Source: Candidatus Poribacteria bacterium (GTDB taxonomy: Bacteria; Poribacteria; WGA-4E; PCPOR2b). From it: a DNA stretch of 64,000 nt. The notes beneath the pieces were generated by a model. The model searched no databases, was not told where the DNA came from, and saw only the letters and a list, made by a program, of their open reading frames with translations. The DNA lies in NCBI GenBank assembly GCA_965218095.1, contig OZ244587.1, positions 4,832,001-4,896,000 on the forward strand, written 5' to 3'. A program made the position numbers and the translations under genes. Below are positions 21,761 to 31,280 of this stretch, piece after piece. The stretch's first letter is position 1, and the number at the start of each line of letters is the position of its first letter.

Positions 21761-22545
21761 AAACCGCGCACCATCCCACCGTCCACCGACATGACTTGTC
21801 CCGTGATGTCACCAGCACGGTCGCTGCAGAGAAAAGCAACCAGCGCTGCCAACTCCTCCGCTTCGCCAATCCGACCGACAGCAGTCACTTCAGCCGTTTC
21901 TGATTCGACTTCCGCGATGGTCCTGTTCTGTCCTTCCGCCGCCTGGCGTATCAATTTTTCGCCGAGCGGTGTCCGAAATGGGCCGGGGCAAACGGTATTG
22001 ACCAGGATGCCTGACCGTCCAAACTCGTTGGCAAGCGACTTGCTCAACGCCGCTACTCCCGCTCGAAAAACGCTGGAGATAAGGTAGGGTGTCCCCGGTT
22101 CTCTGACAGCGATACTGGTGATGTGAACGATACGCCCCCATCCCGCCTCTTCCATATAAGGAGCGACCAGACGGCAGAGCCGAATAACGGGGAGCAAAAC
22201 GCCCTCATAGCCATGCTGCCAGTCATCCTCGTTGAGATCGGAGAACGCGCCCATTTGTGGATGCCCAACGTTGGTGACGAGGGCGTGAACGCTTGCGAAC
22301 GCTTCAATGGCCTTCTCCACCAGCCGCTTGATGTCCTCTCCCTTTGTGAGATCGCAAACGACGGGCAATACCCGCGTGCCAGTTTCGCTGCTTATCGCTT
22401 GCGCCGCCTCATTGAGTGCTTGTTCGTTCCGTGCACAGATAACTACGTTTACGCCTTCACGAGCCAATGCGGTTGCGCACGCCCTGCCCAATCCCTTGCT
22501 CGCCGCACCAACGATGGCGACTTTTCCATCCAATCCAAAGTCCAT
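21754..22545 (-). CDS. Short-chain dehydrogenase/reductase
   Basis: GAASKGLG, WGRIVHITS, NTVCPG, VDGG; atypical active site (S-x3-R). Confidence 0.9.
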   Translation of the reverse strand: MDFGLDGKVAIVGAASKGLGRACATALAREGVNVVICARNEQALNEAAQAISSETGTRVLPVVCDLTKGEDIKRLVEKAIEAFASVHALVTNVGHPQMGAFSDLNEDDWQHGYEGVLLPVIRLCRLVAPYMEEAGWGRIVHITSIAVREPGTPYLISSVFRAGVAALSKSLANEFGRSGILVNTVCPGPFRTPLGEKLIRQAAEGQNRTIAEVESETAEVTAVGRIGEAEELAALVAFLCSDRAGDITGQVMSVDGGMVRGLL

Positions 22546-22661
22546 TGATGTGTCCTCCCTGGTATTTTTTGGTTTTTACTTACTCAGCGAATCCTGACAT
22601 CTATGCGAAATGGCGCTTGATGAGAAATACCTTCCTCCCTCTCTATTGGGTAAATATCCAA

Positions 22662-22741
22662 ATTGTAATCTTAGCCACATCTTTTGTCAATCAATTTCCG
22701 TCCAATTTCTTGTTGACGGTTTCTAGCGTCTGTGGTATAGT
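22662..22741. promoter_or_regulatory. Divergent sigma70 promoters (SDR / glpK operon)
   Basis: Minus TTGACA-17-TACAAT (22690-22662); plus TTGACG-17-TATAGT (22713-22741). Confidence 0.65.
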
Positions 22742-22819
22742 GTCAGGACTTCACATTGGTGCGAAAAGCAATACTGTCCTTCACATATTTCTACTATGTC
22801 TGTCCAGGGAGCGGACAAC

Positions 22820-24307
22820 ATGGCAAATCCTCCTTATATCCTTTCTATAGATCAAGGCACGACTGGCTCAACGGTGTTACTCATTGACGCACACGGGGAG
22901 ATTACAGCGCACGGCTACCGTGAATTCACACAGCACTATCCACGCCCCGGCTGGGTCGAACATGATCCAATCGAGATCTGGGAAGTGACCCATCAAGTTA
23001 TCGCAGATCTGGTTAACGCACAGGGTATCGCTGATCAGATCGCGGCGATCGGCGTGACGAATCAGCGGGAAACGACGGTGGTGTGGGAGCGCAGCACAGG
23101 GCGACCGATTCACCGTGCAATCGTGTGGCAGTGCCGTCGAACAGCGGACATCTGCGCCGATCTGAAGGAGCGCGGGATGGAAGAGCTCGTGCGTGCGAAA
23201 ACAGGCCTGGTCCTCGACCCGTACTTTTCGGCGACGAAGATTGCGTGGATTCTGGATGGGATCGAGGGGGCGCGTAAGTGGACTGAACGCGGCGAACTCG
23301 CTTTCGGTACGATCGACACTTGGCTGCTGTGGAACCTGACAGGCGGCGAAGTTCACGCGACAGACTACACAAACGCCTCCCGAACGATGCTGTTCAACAT
23401 TGATACGCTTTCGTGGGATGATGAGTTGTTGGAGGTGTTCCACGTGCCTGCATCCGTTTTACCAGAAATGCAGGCTTCAGGGGGCGTTTTCGGAGAAACG
23501 AAAAATATCAACCCTTTACCTGATGGTATCCCAATCGCTGGAATCGCTGGAGACCAGCATGCTGCATTATTCGGGCAGCTTTGCACGCAAGCTGGTATGG
23601 CGAAGAACACCTACGGCACAGGCTGTTTCTTGATGCTCAACACCGGAGAGCAGCGAGTTGATTCAAAATCTGGATTGTTGACTACATTAGGGTGCAGTCT
23701 CGATGAAAAGCCGGTCTACACGCTGGAAGGCAGTGTATTTATCGCAGGGGCGGCGGTGCAGTGGCTCAAGGATGGCTTGCAGATTATCGACTCTGCGGCA
23801 GAAACCGAAGAAATCGCCATCAGCGTCCCGGATTCGGGCAGTGTCTTCGTTGTCCCAGCTTTTACGGGGCTTGGCGCACCGTATTGGGACGCAAACGCGC
23901 AGGGGGCAATTCTCGGTTTGACACGCGGCATAACCCGTGCACACATCGTCCGAGCGACGTTGGAATCGATAGCGTTTCAAACGGCTGATGTCGTCACAGC
24001 GATGTGCACCGACACAGGGATCGAACTGGATCGGCTGCGCGTTGATGGTGGTGCGGTTGTAAACAATTTCCTGATGCAGTTTCAAGCAGACGTGTTGGGC
24101 GTTGAGGTGGAACGCCCAACGCGAATCGAAACGACAGGACTTGGGGCAGGATACCTAGCGGGACTGACCGTTGGTGTGTGGAATAATATTTACGAGTTGG
24201 AATCACATCGGAAAATCGAGGTCGTTTTCTCATCACAGATCGACGCCGATCAACGAAAAGAAAAACTCGAAGGCTGGAAGAATGCAGTTCGGAGGGTGAT
24301 GAGCTAA
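22820..24307 (+). CDS. glpK: Glycerol kinase
   Basis: DQGTT, TNQRETT, WQCRRT, NASRTML, KNTYGTGCF, PAFTGLGAPYW. Confidence 0.96.
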   Translation: MANPPYILSIDQGTTGSTVLLIDAHGEITAHGYREFTQHYPRPGWVEHDPIEIWEVTHQVIADLVNAQGIADQIAAIGVTNQRETTVVWERSTGRPIHRAIVWQCRRTADICADLKERGMEELVRAKTGLVLDPYFSATKIAWILDGIEGARKWTERGELAFGTIDTWLLWNLTGGEVHATDYTNASRTMLFNIDTLSWDDELLEVFHVPASVLPEMQASGGVFGETKNINPLPDGIPIAGIAGDQHAALFGQLCTQAGMAKNTYGTGCFLMLNTGEQRVDSKSGLLTTLGCSLDEKPVYTLEGSVFIAGAAVQWLKDGLQIIDSAAETEEIAISVPDSGSVFVVPAFTGLGAPYWDANAQGAILGLTRGITRAHIVRATLESIAFQTADVVTAMCTDTGIELDRLRVDGGAVVNNFLMQFQADVLGVEVERPTRIETTGLGAGYLAGLTVGVWNNIYELESHRKIEVVFSSQIDADQRKEKLEGWKNAVRRVMS

Positions 24308-24308
24308 C

Positions 24309-25997
24309 ATGCGTTTACAGTGGAAGTACGCATTGATTATCAATTTGTCTGTTTTGACCATTTTGGTGGCTTTTTATGCCCTGGATGAGATTAAGGCACG
24401 GAAGGATCTGAAGGATATTCACATTCAGAACGTGGAAAATGGCGCGATTTTCAGAAATATTGTGGAAAAAGTTCTTTGGCGTGTCGTAGATCAAATTGAA
24501 CGGGACAGTACATTTAATCGAGACAAAATCGAGAATGAACTTCGCAGCCTGAAAGCGCAAAATTCTGATGAGATGGGGCGCGTTGTAGATATTCATGTTA
24601 CACTCGGACGAGATGCCAGGATTCAGGCAAGCCTTAACCAGGAGTTACTGTTCAGTATTGATTTGACAGCCCTAAATCGTCCAGGCAATGGCGGCAGTAT
24701 CCTGGATATTTTGCGGCCGGAGTTTGAAAACAACAGCGTCTCACTTTCTGAGAATGCCACAATTAAGCCGAAGGATGGTATATGGCTGATTAAGGATCAT
24801 AAAAAGACTTATTCTGTCGAAAAAGAGGGAAATCGACTCAATGTTTACGTTCCGAAAGACTACTATATCAATTTTACCGGGTACGATCTTTTTGAGGTAG
24901 AACGGCATGGCGTACAGGTATATAATCTTGTCGAAAGCGAAAACGGCAAATACGCGACGGAAATGATCATCGACTACCAAACCGGTGTCATTGTCGATTC
25001 GCGGATCACAGGCTTTATTCAAGTCCTTTTTGAAGCCCCTGACATTGCCAAACATATCAATGACCTGCGTCTGATGCACCTTATTTACGTTATCGTCGTA
25101 AGTGTCTTGCTGGTCATCATTATCGATATGACCACGACCCGCCTCATTATGCGGCCCCTTGAACGTATGATGGAAATTATCAAACGTGCAGAAGCCGGCG
25201 ACTCCGAGTCTCTGCCGCAGTCCTACTCATCGGGCGAAATGGGGCGTGTCACCTACAGTCTTGTGAGAATGTTAAAGCAATTGACTGAAGCGCACTCCAA
25301 GCGGATTGCCGCACTCGGACAGTTGGCGGCGGGCGTCGCCCATGAAATCCGCAACCCCCTCAACACTATCGGGATGACGGCTCAACATCTGAAAGATCTC
25401 TTTTCACAGAAGGACGTTAAGCCGGCGGACATCAAAGAGGCTCAAGATCTCCTAGAGATTGTGAATTATGAAATCGAACACTTGAAACGGATCTCTGAGC
25501 AGTTTGTGACCTTGAATCGTCCGAAAGCACTCGACATAGAATCGACTAATCTCAGCGCGCTCCTGGATCAAGTGATTCCGGAATTTACGCTCATGATGGA
25601 GGATGCCAAAGTCGAGGTTATCAGAAATTATGCAGCGAATCTGCCGTTGCTCCAACTCGATAGCGGGTTAATTCGGCAGGCAATCTTCAATCTGATACAG
25701 AACAGCATTCAAGCCATGGCCAAGGGCGGCAGGATTTACATCACAACGAAGTTGGATCAGATGATGGTTGGTGAAGGCGTCGCGCTGGAAATTCGTGACA
25801 CCGGTATTGGGATTCCGGCGGAGATCCAAGAACGTATCTTCGATGCTTACTTCACGACGAAGGAGAGTGAAGGCGGGATGGGACTTGGGCTTGCAATCGC
25901 GCACCAGATTATTACGGCGCACCAGGGAAGGATTGAACTCAGGAGCCAGGTCGGAATGGGAACGGCATTTAAGATCTACTTCCCCATCCCCGATTAA
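24309..25997 (+). CDS. Sensor histidine kinase (2 TM, HAMP, HisKA, HATPase)
   Basis: AHEIRNPL, NLIQNS, DTGIGI, YFTTK, GMGLGL. Confidence 0.92.
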   Translation: MRLQWKYALIINLSVLTILVAFYALDEIKARKDLKDIHIQNVENGAIFRNIVEKVLWRVVDQIERDSTFNRDKIENELRSLKAQNSDEMGRVVDIHVTLGRDARIQASLNQELLFSIDLTALNRPGNGGSILDILRPEFENNSVSLSENATIKPKDGIWLIKDHKKTYSVEKEGNRLNVYVPKDYYINFTGYDLFEVERHGVQVYNLVESENGKYATEMIIDYQTGVIVDSRITGFIQVLFEAPDIAKHINDLRLMHLIYVIVVSVLLVIIIDMTTTRLIMRPLERMMEIIKRAEAGDSESLPQSYSSGEMGRVTYSLVRMLKQLTEAHSKRIAALGQLAAGVAHEIRNPLNTIGMTAQHLKDLFSQKDVKPADIKEAQDLLEIVNYEIEHLKRISEQFVTLNRPKALDIESTNLSALLDQVIPEFTLMMEDAKVEVIRNYAANLPLLQLDSGLIRQAIFNLIQNSIQAMAKGGRIYITTKLDQMMVGEGVALEIRDTGIGIPAEIQERIFDAYFTTKESEGGMGLGLAIAHQIITAHQGRIELRSQVGMGTAFKIYFPIPD

Positions 25998-26087
25998 GCG
26001 AATCGGCAAAATCTGTGAATCACGCAATACGTTTCAGATAAGAACTTCCAGGGTAACGAAAGAATCAATTGAATGGAGGGAATGTGC

Positions 26088-27482
26088 ATGCCATCAATAC
26101 TGATTGTTGATGATGACCGGGGGCAGAGAACCGTTTTGCAGACGATATTGAAGCGTGAAGGATATGACATAGAGACGGCTGAAAACGGCATTCGCGCCCT
26201 CGAAAAAATTGAAGAAAAGATGTTTGATGTGGTTGTCAGCGATATGCGGATGGCTCAGATGTCAGGGCGTGACCTGCTTCATGAAATCAAAAAGCGGGAT
26301 GCAGATCTCCCCATGCTGATCGTTACGGCTTACGCCGAGGTGAACGACGCCGTTGATCTCGTAGCACGCGAAGGAGCGTTTTACTATCTCGAAAAGCCGA
26401 TCCGGATTGATGTCCTCAAAAAAGAGATTAAACGCGCACTCGAAATGCGGCGTGGCTTCACAGGCGATGAAAACAGCGACGAGGCGCCGGCGCCAGAAAT
26501 TCATTTCGAGCGGATTATCGGCCAAAGTGAGCGTATGCGCCAACTGTTCAAAACCATGTCTCGAATCATTCATCGCGGCGTAAATCAGGTCCTCATCACC
26601 GGTGAAACAGGCACGGGGAAAGGCCTGGTTGCGAAAGCAATTCATGACTACGGGGAACGTAAAGACAAGCTATTCTTGCCGGTTAACTGCAGCGCTGTGC
26701 CCGATACGCTGATTGAAAGCGAACTTTTTGGACATGAAAAAGGTGCGTTTACGGACGCTTATCGCCAGAAAGCTGGCGTGTTTGAGGCGGCAAATGGCGG
26801 GACAGTCTTCCTCGATGAGATCGGCGATATTTCTGTACACATGCAGAGCAAACTCCTCCACATCTTACAAGAACGTGAGATCATGCGCGTTGGGGGGGTA
26901 AAGCAGATTAAAGTTGATGTCTGCGTCATTGCGGCAACCAACAAAGATCTGAAAACGACTGTAGAAGAGGAAACTTTCCGCGAAGACCTCTACTTCCGCT
27001 TAAACGTCATTCCGCTTCACATTCCGCCACTCAGGGAGCGAATAGATGATATTCCGTGCTTGATCGATTTCTTGCTCCAAAAGTTCAGCGAAGAATACCC
27101 CGACGCGGAGCCGAAGCGCGTGACACCAAGGGCGATGTCTGCACTCCGGCGATACGAGTGGCCGGGGAATGTGCGTCAGCTTGAGAATTATCTCCACAGA
27201 ACCTTTGTGCTTTCCGAGGGTGAAGTGATAGACCTGGAAGATCTCCCGCCTGAAGTTTCGGACAGCTCATTGCCGCCAGGGGATTTTCATGTTGAGATTC
27301 CAGCGGATGGGGTTGCCCTTGAAGAGATCGTGAAGGAATACATTCGAGTTGCCTTAACCCAAACCAATGGCAACCAAACAAAAGCCGCCGAACTTTTGGG
27401 GATTTCACGTCGGCGGTTTCAGAATCGAATGCAGAATTATGGGTTTAGTAGCCAGGATTTCAAGAATAAGAATCCGCAATAA
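26088..27482 (+). CDS. Sigma54-dependent response regulator (NtrC family)
   Basis: Receiver domain, GETGTGK, ESELFGHEKGAFTDA, WPGNVRQLEN, Fis-type HTH. Confidence 0.93.
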   Translation: MPSILIVDDDRGQRTVLQTILKREGYDIETAENGIRALEKIEEKMFDVVVSDMRMAQMSGRDLLHEIKKRDADLPMLIVTAYAEVNDAVDLVAREGAFYYLEKPIRIDVLKKEIKRALEMRRGFTGDENSDEAPAPEIHFERIIGQSERMRQLFKTMSRIIHRGVNQVLITGETGTGKGLVAKAIHDYGERKDKLFLPVNCSAVPDTLIESELFGHEKGAFTDAYRQKAGVFEAANGGTVFLDEIGDISVHMQSKLLHILQEREIMRVGGVKQIKVDVCVIAATNKDLKTTVEEETFREDLYFRLNVIPLHIPPLRERIDDIPCLIDFLLQKFSEEYPDAEPKRVTPRAMSALRRYEWPGNVRQLENYLHRTFVLSEGEVIDLEDLPPEVSDSSLPPGDFHVEIPADGVALEEIVKEYIRVALTQTNGNQTKAAELLGISRRRFQNRMQNYGFSSQDFKNKNPQ

Positions 27483-27608
27483 GTAGATTAAGGCTTGACA
27501 TTTCGCAATAAGTCGTAACACGCTTATTTAACGCGGAGAACACAGAGAAGAATTAAAAAAACTCTGCGCCTCTGCGGTTAATTTAAGCCAGTAACTACTT
27601 ATTCCCAA
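27478..27608. mobile_element. ~130 bp MITE-like repeat, copy 1
   Basis: Near-identical inverted copy at 52545-52674 (2 substitutions, 1 indel); terminal IR aataagtag/ctacttatt. Confidence 0.8.
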
Positions 27609-27767
27609 CACTTATACAAAGAGAGGCATCGGGTTGAATGTTTCATCAACAAGATAAAATGGTATCGTCGTATCTTCTCTCGGTTTGAGAAGCTAGCTGT
27701 CCGTTATTTTGGATTTCTCAGCTTTGTCTCCACTCTTATATGGCTCCCTTGAAATGTCAACAGACCC
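27609..27767 (+). mobile_element. Truncated right end of the same IS5-family element
   Basis: Near-identical to reverse complement of 14320-14478; ends aaatgtcaacagaccc. Confidence 0.9.
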
Positions 27768-28099
27768 AAGAACGGATCATCTTAATGTCCACTGATGCGG
27801 GCGATATTGTCCTTGACCCGTTCTTGGGGACGGGAACAACGGCGGTTGCTGCAAAGCGTCTTGGACGGCACTTCGTCGGTTTTGAAATTGATGAAGTTTA
27901 CGCAACGATCGTCGATGCTAAAGTGAAACAACACGCATCAACCTCCCGGCTTGGAGGTGCATGGGTCAGTGTTTATTTAGACGAAATTATCACAATCCGC
28001 GACCGAGATTGGCAGACGTTACAATTAGAGTTTCACACCCCTGAGTCTGCCAAAGCAATTGATTATACGAAAATCTCGCTAAAAAAGAAGGGGCTTTGA
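27768..28099 (+). pseudogene. C-terminal fragment of N4/N6 DNA methyltransferase
   Basis: ERIILMST..GDIVLDPFLGTGTT..AKRLGRHFVGFEID; cut off by the IS end. Confidence 0.8.
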
Positions 28100-28193
28100 A
28101 ATTGCAAATGTCCGGTAATAAGAGTTACCGAACTGCCCACGCCTTATCCCTCAGCGGTGCAGTGGATAACCTTGGGGGCCTGGAGGACTTCAG

Positions 28194-28790
28194 ATGAAGA
28201 AGAAAGTGAGTGTTAGAGATATGGTGTTAGGTGCAGGGATTATGCTGGTCGGTTTGGGGATAGGGGCTATTGTTTCACCCCCATTGATAGCACAAAGATA
28301 TGGCGTGTTTGGTGAGATTCAATGCACCAGACTTACGGTGGTCGATGAAAGTGGCAACAAAGCGATTGTCTTAGCAGGTGGAGATGGTGGGGAATACGAG
28401 GAAAACCATCTGAGTATCTATTATCCACAGGGCGAGGAAGGGATTCGATTAGGGTGCTTTGAACCCGGAACGAGCACGATACAAGGCTTTAATCGTAATC
28501 GTGGTGATGGGTTTGATTTGATTCACTACGCTACGGGGACCAACACATTGAGGCTTTGGAATAAGGAACTTGGTGGGACAGACAACCATCCGGCGATTGA
28601 GTTAGAATGCAACAAGAAAGAAAACAGGGTGTTTGTCAGGGATAGAAGATTTGAGTGGGGTAAGAGTTTTAGGACAAGGAAAAATATAGGAGCAGGCATG
28701 GCTATTGGCTTACACAGCCATCTTTGGGGCAATGAGATTTTTGTCGTTAATCCGCATACAGGCACAACGAGGACACTGGAGGATAGATGA
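28194..28790 (+). CDS. Hypothetical membrane-anchored/secreted protein
   Basis: GGAGG RBS, N-terminal hydrophobic helix, FGEIQCTRLTVVD motif; 198 aa. Confidence 0.6.
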   Translation: MKKKVSVRDMVLGAGIMLVGLGIGAIVSPPLIAQRYGVFGEIQCTRLTVVDESGNKAIVLAGGDGGEYEENHLSIYYPQGEEGIRLGCFEPGTSTIQGFNRNRGDGFDLIHYATGTNTLRLWNKELGGTDNHPAIELECNKKENRVFVRDRRFEWGKSFRTRKNIGAGMAIGLHSHLWGNEIFVVNPHTGTTRTLEDR

Positions 28791-28905
28791 TGAACGAATT
28801 AGTTACACAACAAACAGAGGTGTGGCTGGTGATACCCGATGAAACAGCGTCGTTGATCCAGTCAAGCATTGCAGAAAGCACGCTCAAGCGATACCAGAGA
28901 TTATC
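28787..28905 (+). pseudogene. Possible N-terminal remnant of a tyrosine recombinase
   Basis: GGAGG RBS; ASLIQSSIAESTLKRYQR resembles integrase SAM-like N-termini; sequence degenerates afterwards. Confidence 0.4.
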
Positions 28906-28958
28906 GGATATTTCTTTCAAGAGAAGTTTTCTCCTTCAAAAAAAACTGATATTGTGGT

Positions 28959-29153
28959 TTAACCTCCAATGTTTAGTTGCAGGACTGCTACATATTGAAT
29001 TGCCGCTTCAATTCTTCGTCCGTTGGCAAGTTCATGGGCGGGTCTAAAAAACGAATTGCAGTGAACAATAGCATAACCCAATGTAACGTGTGATTGAAGA
29101 AATTGTTGAAACGTATCTCGATCCGATGTCTCAATAACAATAATTGTGTCCAT
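28959..29153 (-). CDS. Small hypothetical protein
   Basis: 64 aa ORF whose start overlaps the upstream stop (TAATG). Confidence 0.4.
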   Translation of the reverse strand: MDTIIVIETSDRDTFQQFLQSHVTLGYAIVHCNSFFRPAHELANGRRIEAAIQYVAVLQLNIGG

Positions 29154-29422
29154 TAAATCAAACCTCGTCGCCCCAGCAGGGACGCTTCTAGGTTCGTGGT
29201 GCCGCTTCCCATGAACGGATCAAGGATCATATCCCACTTCTCTGAATACCGCTCAATGATCCATCGAGGCAGTTCAGGGAAAAACTTGGCGGGGTATTTG
29301 TGTATTCCGTGCGTCAATGCCCGCTGATCGCGACTGATGAACAAGAACTTATCGCCGTTTTTTATAGACAGCGAAACGGGAATATCCCCCTCTATCCTGA
29401 TTGATTCAGCAGAAAAATCCAT
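29153..29422 (-). pseudogene. N-terminal fragment of DNA methyltransferase
   Basis: AGGAG RBS; THGIHKYPAKF, LDPFMGSGTT; stops at 89 aa. Confidence 0.8.
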
Positions 29423-29438
29423 TTATATCTCCTCCTTT

Positions 29439-30908
29439 TTAGCTGGGGGAATCGCTCTGAGAAGTGTGCTGGTATCCGGCATCTGTAACCCTGAACACTG
29501 TAAGTGGTTCCTCTCCACCGCTTTTTTCTAAATATCCAGCAGACACCAACTCTCTCAGTGCTGATTCCCACTCTGCTGCAACCGTTTCCCTTCGATCTTG
29601 GGGTATATTTCTACGGTGCAAATCCTCCTGAATTATATCCTCACCATTGGTCAAAATAATAACCTCTTGCTCTAAATTAAAATGCTCAACCTTTCTCTCA
29701 GGATCAGCAGCTTGGTTGAGCAGATAGGCAGCTTTCTCGCTTAATTGTGGCATGGGAATATCTCTGCTTTCACTTTTTTGCAATAATTCACGAGCTTGTG
29801 AATTACTAGGATCCAGTGCTAGTGCCTGCTGATAATTTTCGATGGCACGGCTGCGATCCCCTCGGCGAGCGTAAAATACTCCTAGTGTTACATAAACATG
29901 GGGATAATTGGGGCTCAATTGTATTGCTTTGACGAAATCGCTGAAGGCACGGTCTGAATCCTCTCTCATTTCATAAGCTGCTCCCCGTCCGATATAAGCG
30001 TCGGCATAATCGGGATTTAGTAGTATGGTTTTGCTAAAAGTTTCAATGGCACAATCATACTCACACATCTTAAAACAATAATGATAGGCTAGTTCTGCGT
30101 AGTAAGTGGTGTTATATGGTGAATATTCGATTCTTGTAGTATACGCCTTCACTATTCTTTCATGTTGTTTTTGCCTCTCTTCATCAGTAAGATTGCCATC
30201 CGGAATGTGCCTCGCAAAAACCTTTTCCATAGCAAGAGGTTTCCATGCCTCGTCAGACCTACTCAAAGCGTCTTGACTGATAAATCCATATAGGTCATTG
30301 AAAAGAGTTTCGTAAGATATGTCTTGAAATCTATACAGATGAATCAGTATCCACTGTTTTAGTTCTTTCGGAATACACACTGTTTTCACATCTTTGTCGC
30401 TGGGGAGTATAAAGCCGTTTGGCGGTCGAACAAATATACTTTTCTGAGCTTGGACGCGGTTTGCTGGATACTGAGCGTGTTGTATTTGGTATTTTGCTAT
30501 TGTCTCTTCGTTTTTCTCCAATAAAACAATCCTACCATCTTTGCCATGAAGTTTTGTACAGGCGAAGTAAAGTGCTACATCATAATCCGTTGTAAAATCC
30601 ATCAAGTTGGACTTACCACCATAATGCTGAAGTTCAGAGGCGATTTCAAACTCTTGTTTTTCCTGATTGCGAGTATAGGTTCTAGCCTTGTATATCTCAA
30701 TATTTTGAATTTGCTCTATAGTAAATTTTCCCGTAGCAATTACATCCTTATAACTGCGGTGGAGGTTTGAAGAAATTTCTGGATAGCATTCAGGTTCACC
30801 GCGGTAGATGTAATCCCCGCCGGCTGATATAGCGACTATTTCGTTGATTATTCTAAATAATCCATTGAGATAGTAGTTTTGTAGATCGGTTAAGTTCTCT
30901 GTGTTCAT
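29439..30908 (-). CDS. FRG-domain protein with TPR repeats and extra C-terminal domain
   Basis: YIYRGE, LQHYGGKSNLMDFT..VALYFAC, RVQAQKSIF; three TPR-like repeats; C-terminal ~100 aa domain. Confidence 0.85.
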   Translation of the reverse strand: MNTENLTDLQNYYLNGLFRIINEIVAISAGGDYIYRGEPECYPEISSNLHRSYKDVIATGKFTIEQIQNIEIYKARTYTRNQEKQEFEIASELQHYGGKSNLMDFTTDYDVALYFACTKLHGKDGRIVLLEKNEETIAKYQIQHAQYPANRVQAQKSIFVRPPNGFILPSDKDVKTVCIPKELKQWILIHLYRFQDISYETLFNDLYGFISQDALSRSDEAWKPLAMEKVFARHIPDGNLTDEERQKQHERIVKAYTTRIEYSPYNTTYYAELAYHYCFKMCEYDCAIETFSKTILLNPDYADAYIGRGAAYEMREDSDRAFSDFVKAIQLSPNYPHVYVTLGVFYARRGDRSRAIENYQQALALDPSNSQARELLQKSESRDIPMPQLSEKAAYLLNQAADPERKVEHFNLEQEVIILTNGEDIIQEDLHRRNIPQDRRETVAAEWESALRELVSAGYLEKSGGEEPLTVFRVTDAGYQHTSQSDSPS

Positions 30909-30935
30909 GATTGTTTTCCATTTACTTCAACTTTG

Positions 30936-31226
30936 CTAAGGTAACACCGGCACTTCGGCAGTTTTCCGCTTGTTGCACCGCGGCAGTTCTTTAGCCCGCT
31001 CGACAGTCATGCGACGGTTATAGTAAGGGATACGCAGGCTATCGGAGATTAACCCCAACTCTGCCGATAAAATAAGAAACTCATGGTCGATCCGTGCGTC
31101 AGGAACGGTGCGGAGATACTTCCGTACAACCTTATACGCAGGACCATCATATCTGTCCATCACACGCATTTTTCGCTTGCCTTGAACCTTACGCTGGGAA
31201 CATGAAAGGATAACGAGTCTTTTCAT
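30936..31226 (-). pseudogene. DUF6884/YaaA-like protein, probably truncated
   Basis: ILSCSQRK..RYDGP..ILSAELGLI..IPYYNRRMT. Confidence 0.55.
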
Positions 31227-31280
31227 CTTTTTCTCCCGTAGTGTAGGCGCGGGCTGGTAAGATCCACTACCCGATAAGAG

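Noticed and set aside
31238-31270. GTAG...CTAC REP-like hairpin
   Set aside because: Single short, imperfect copy; not enough support
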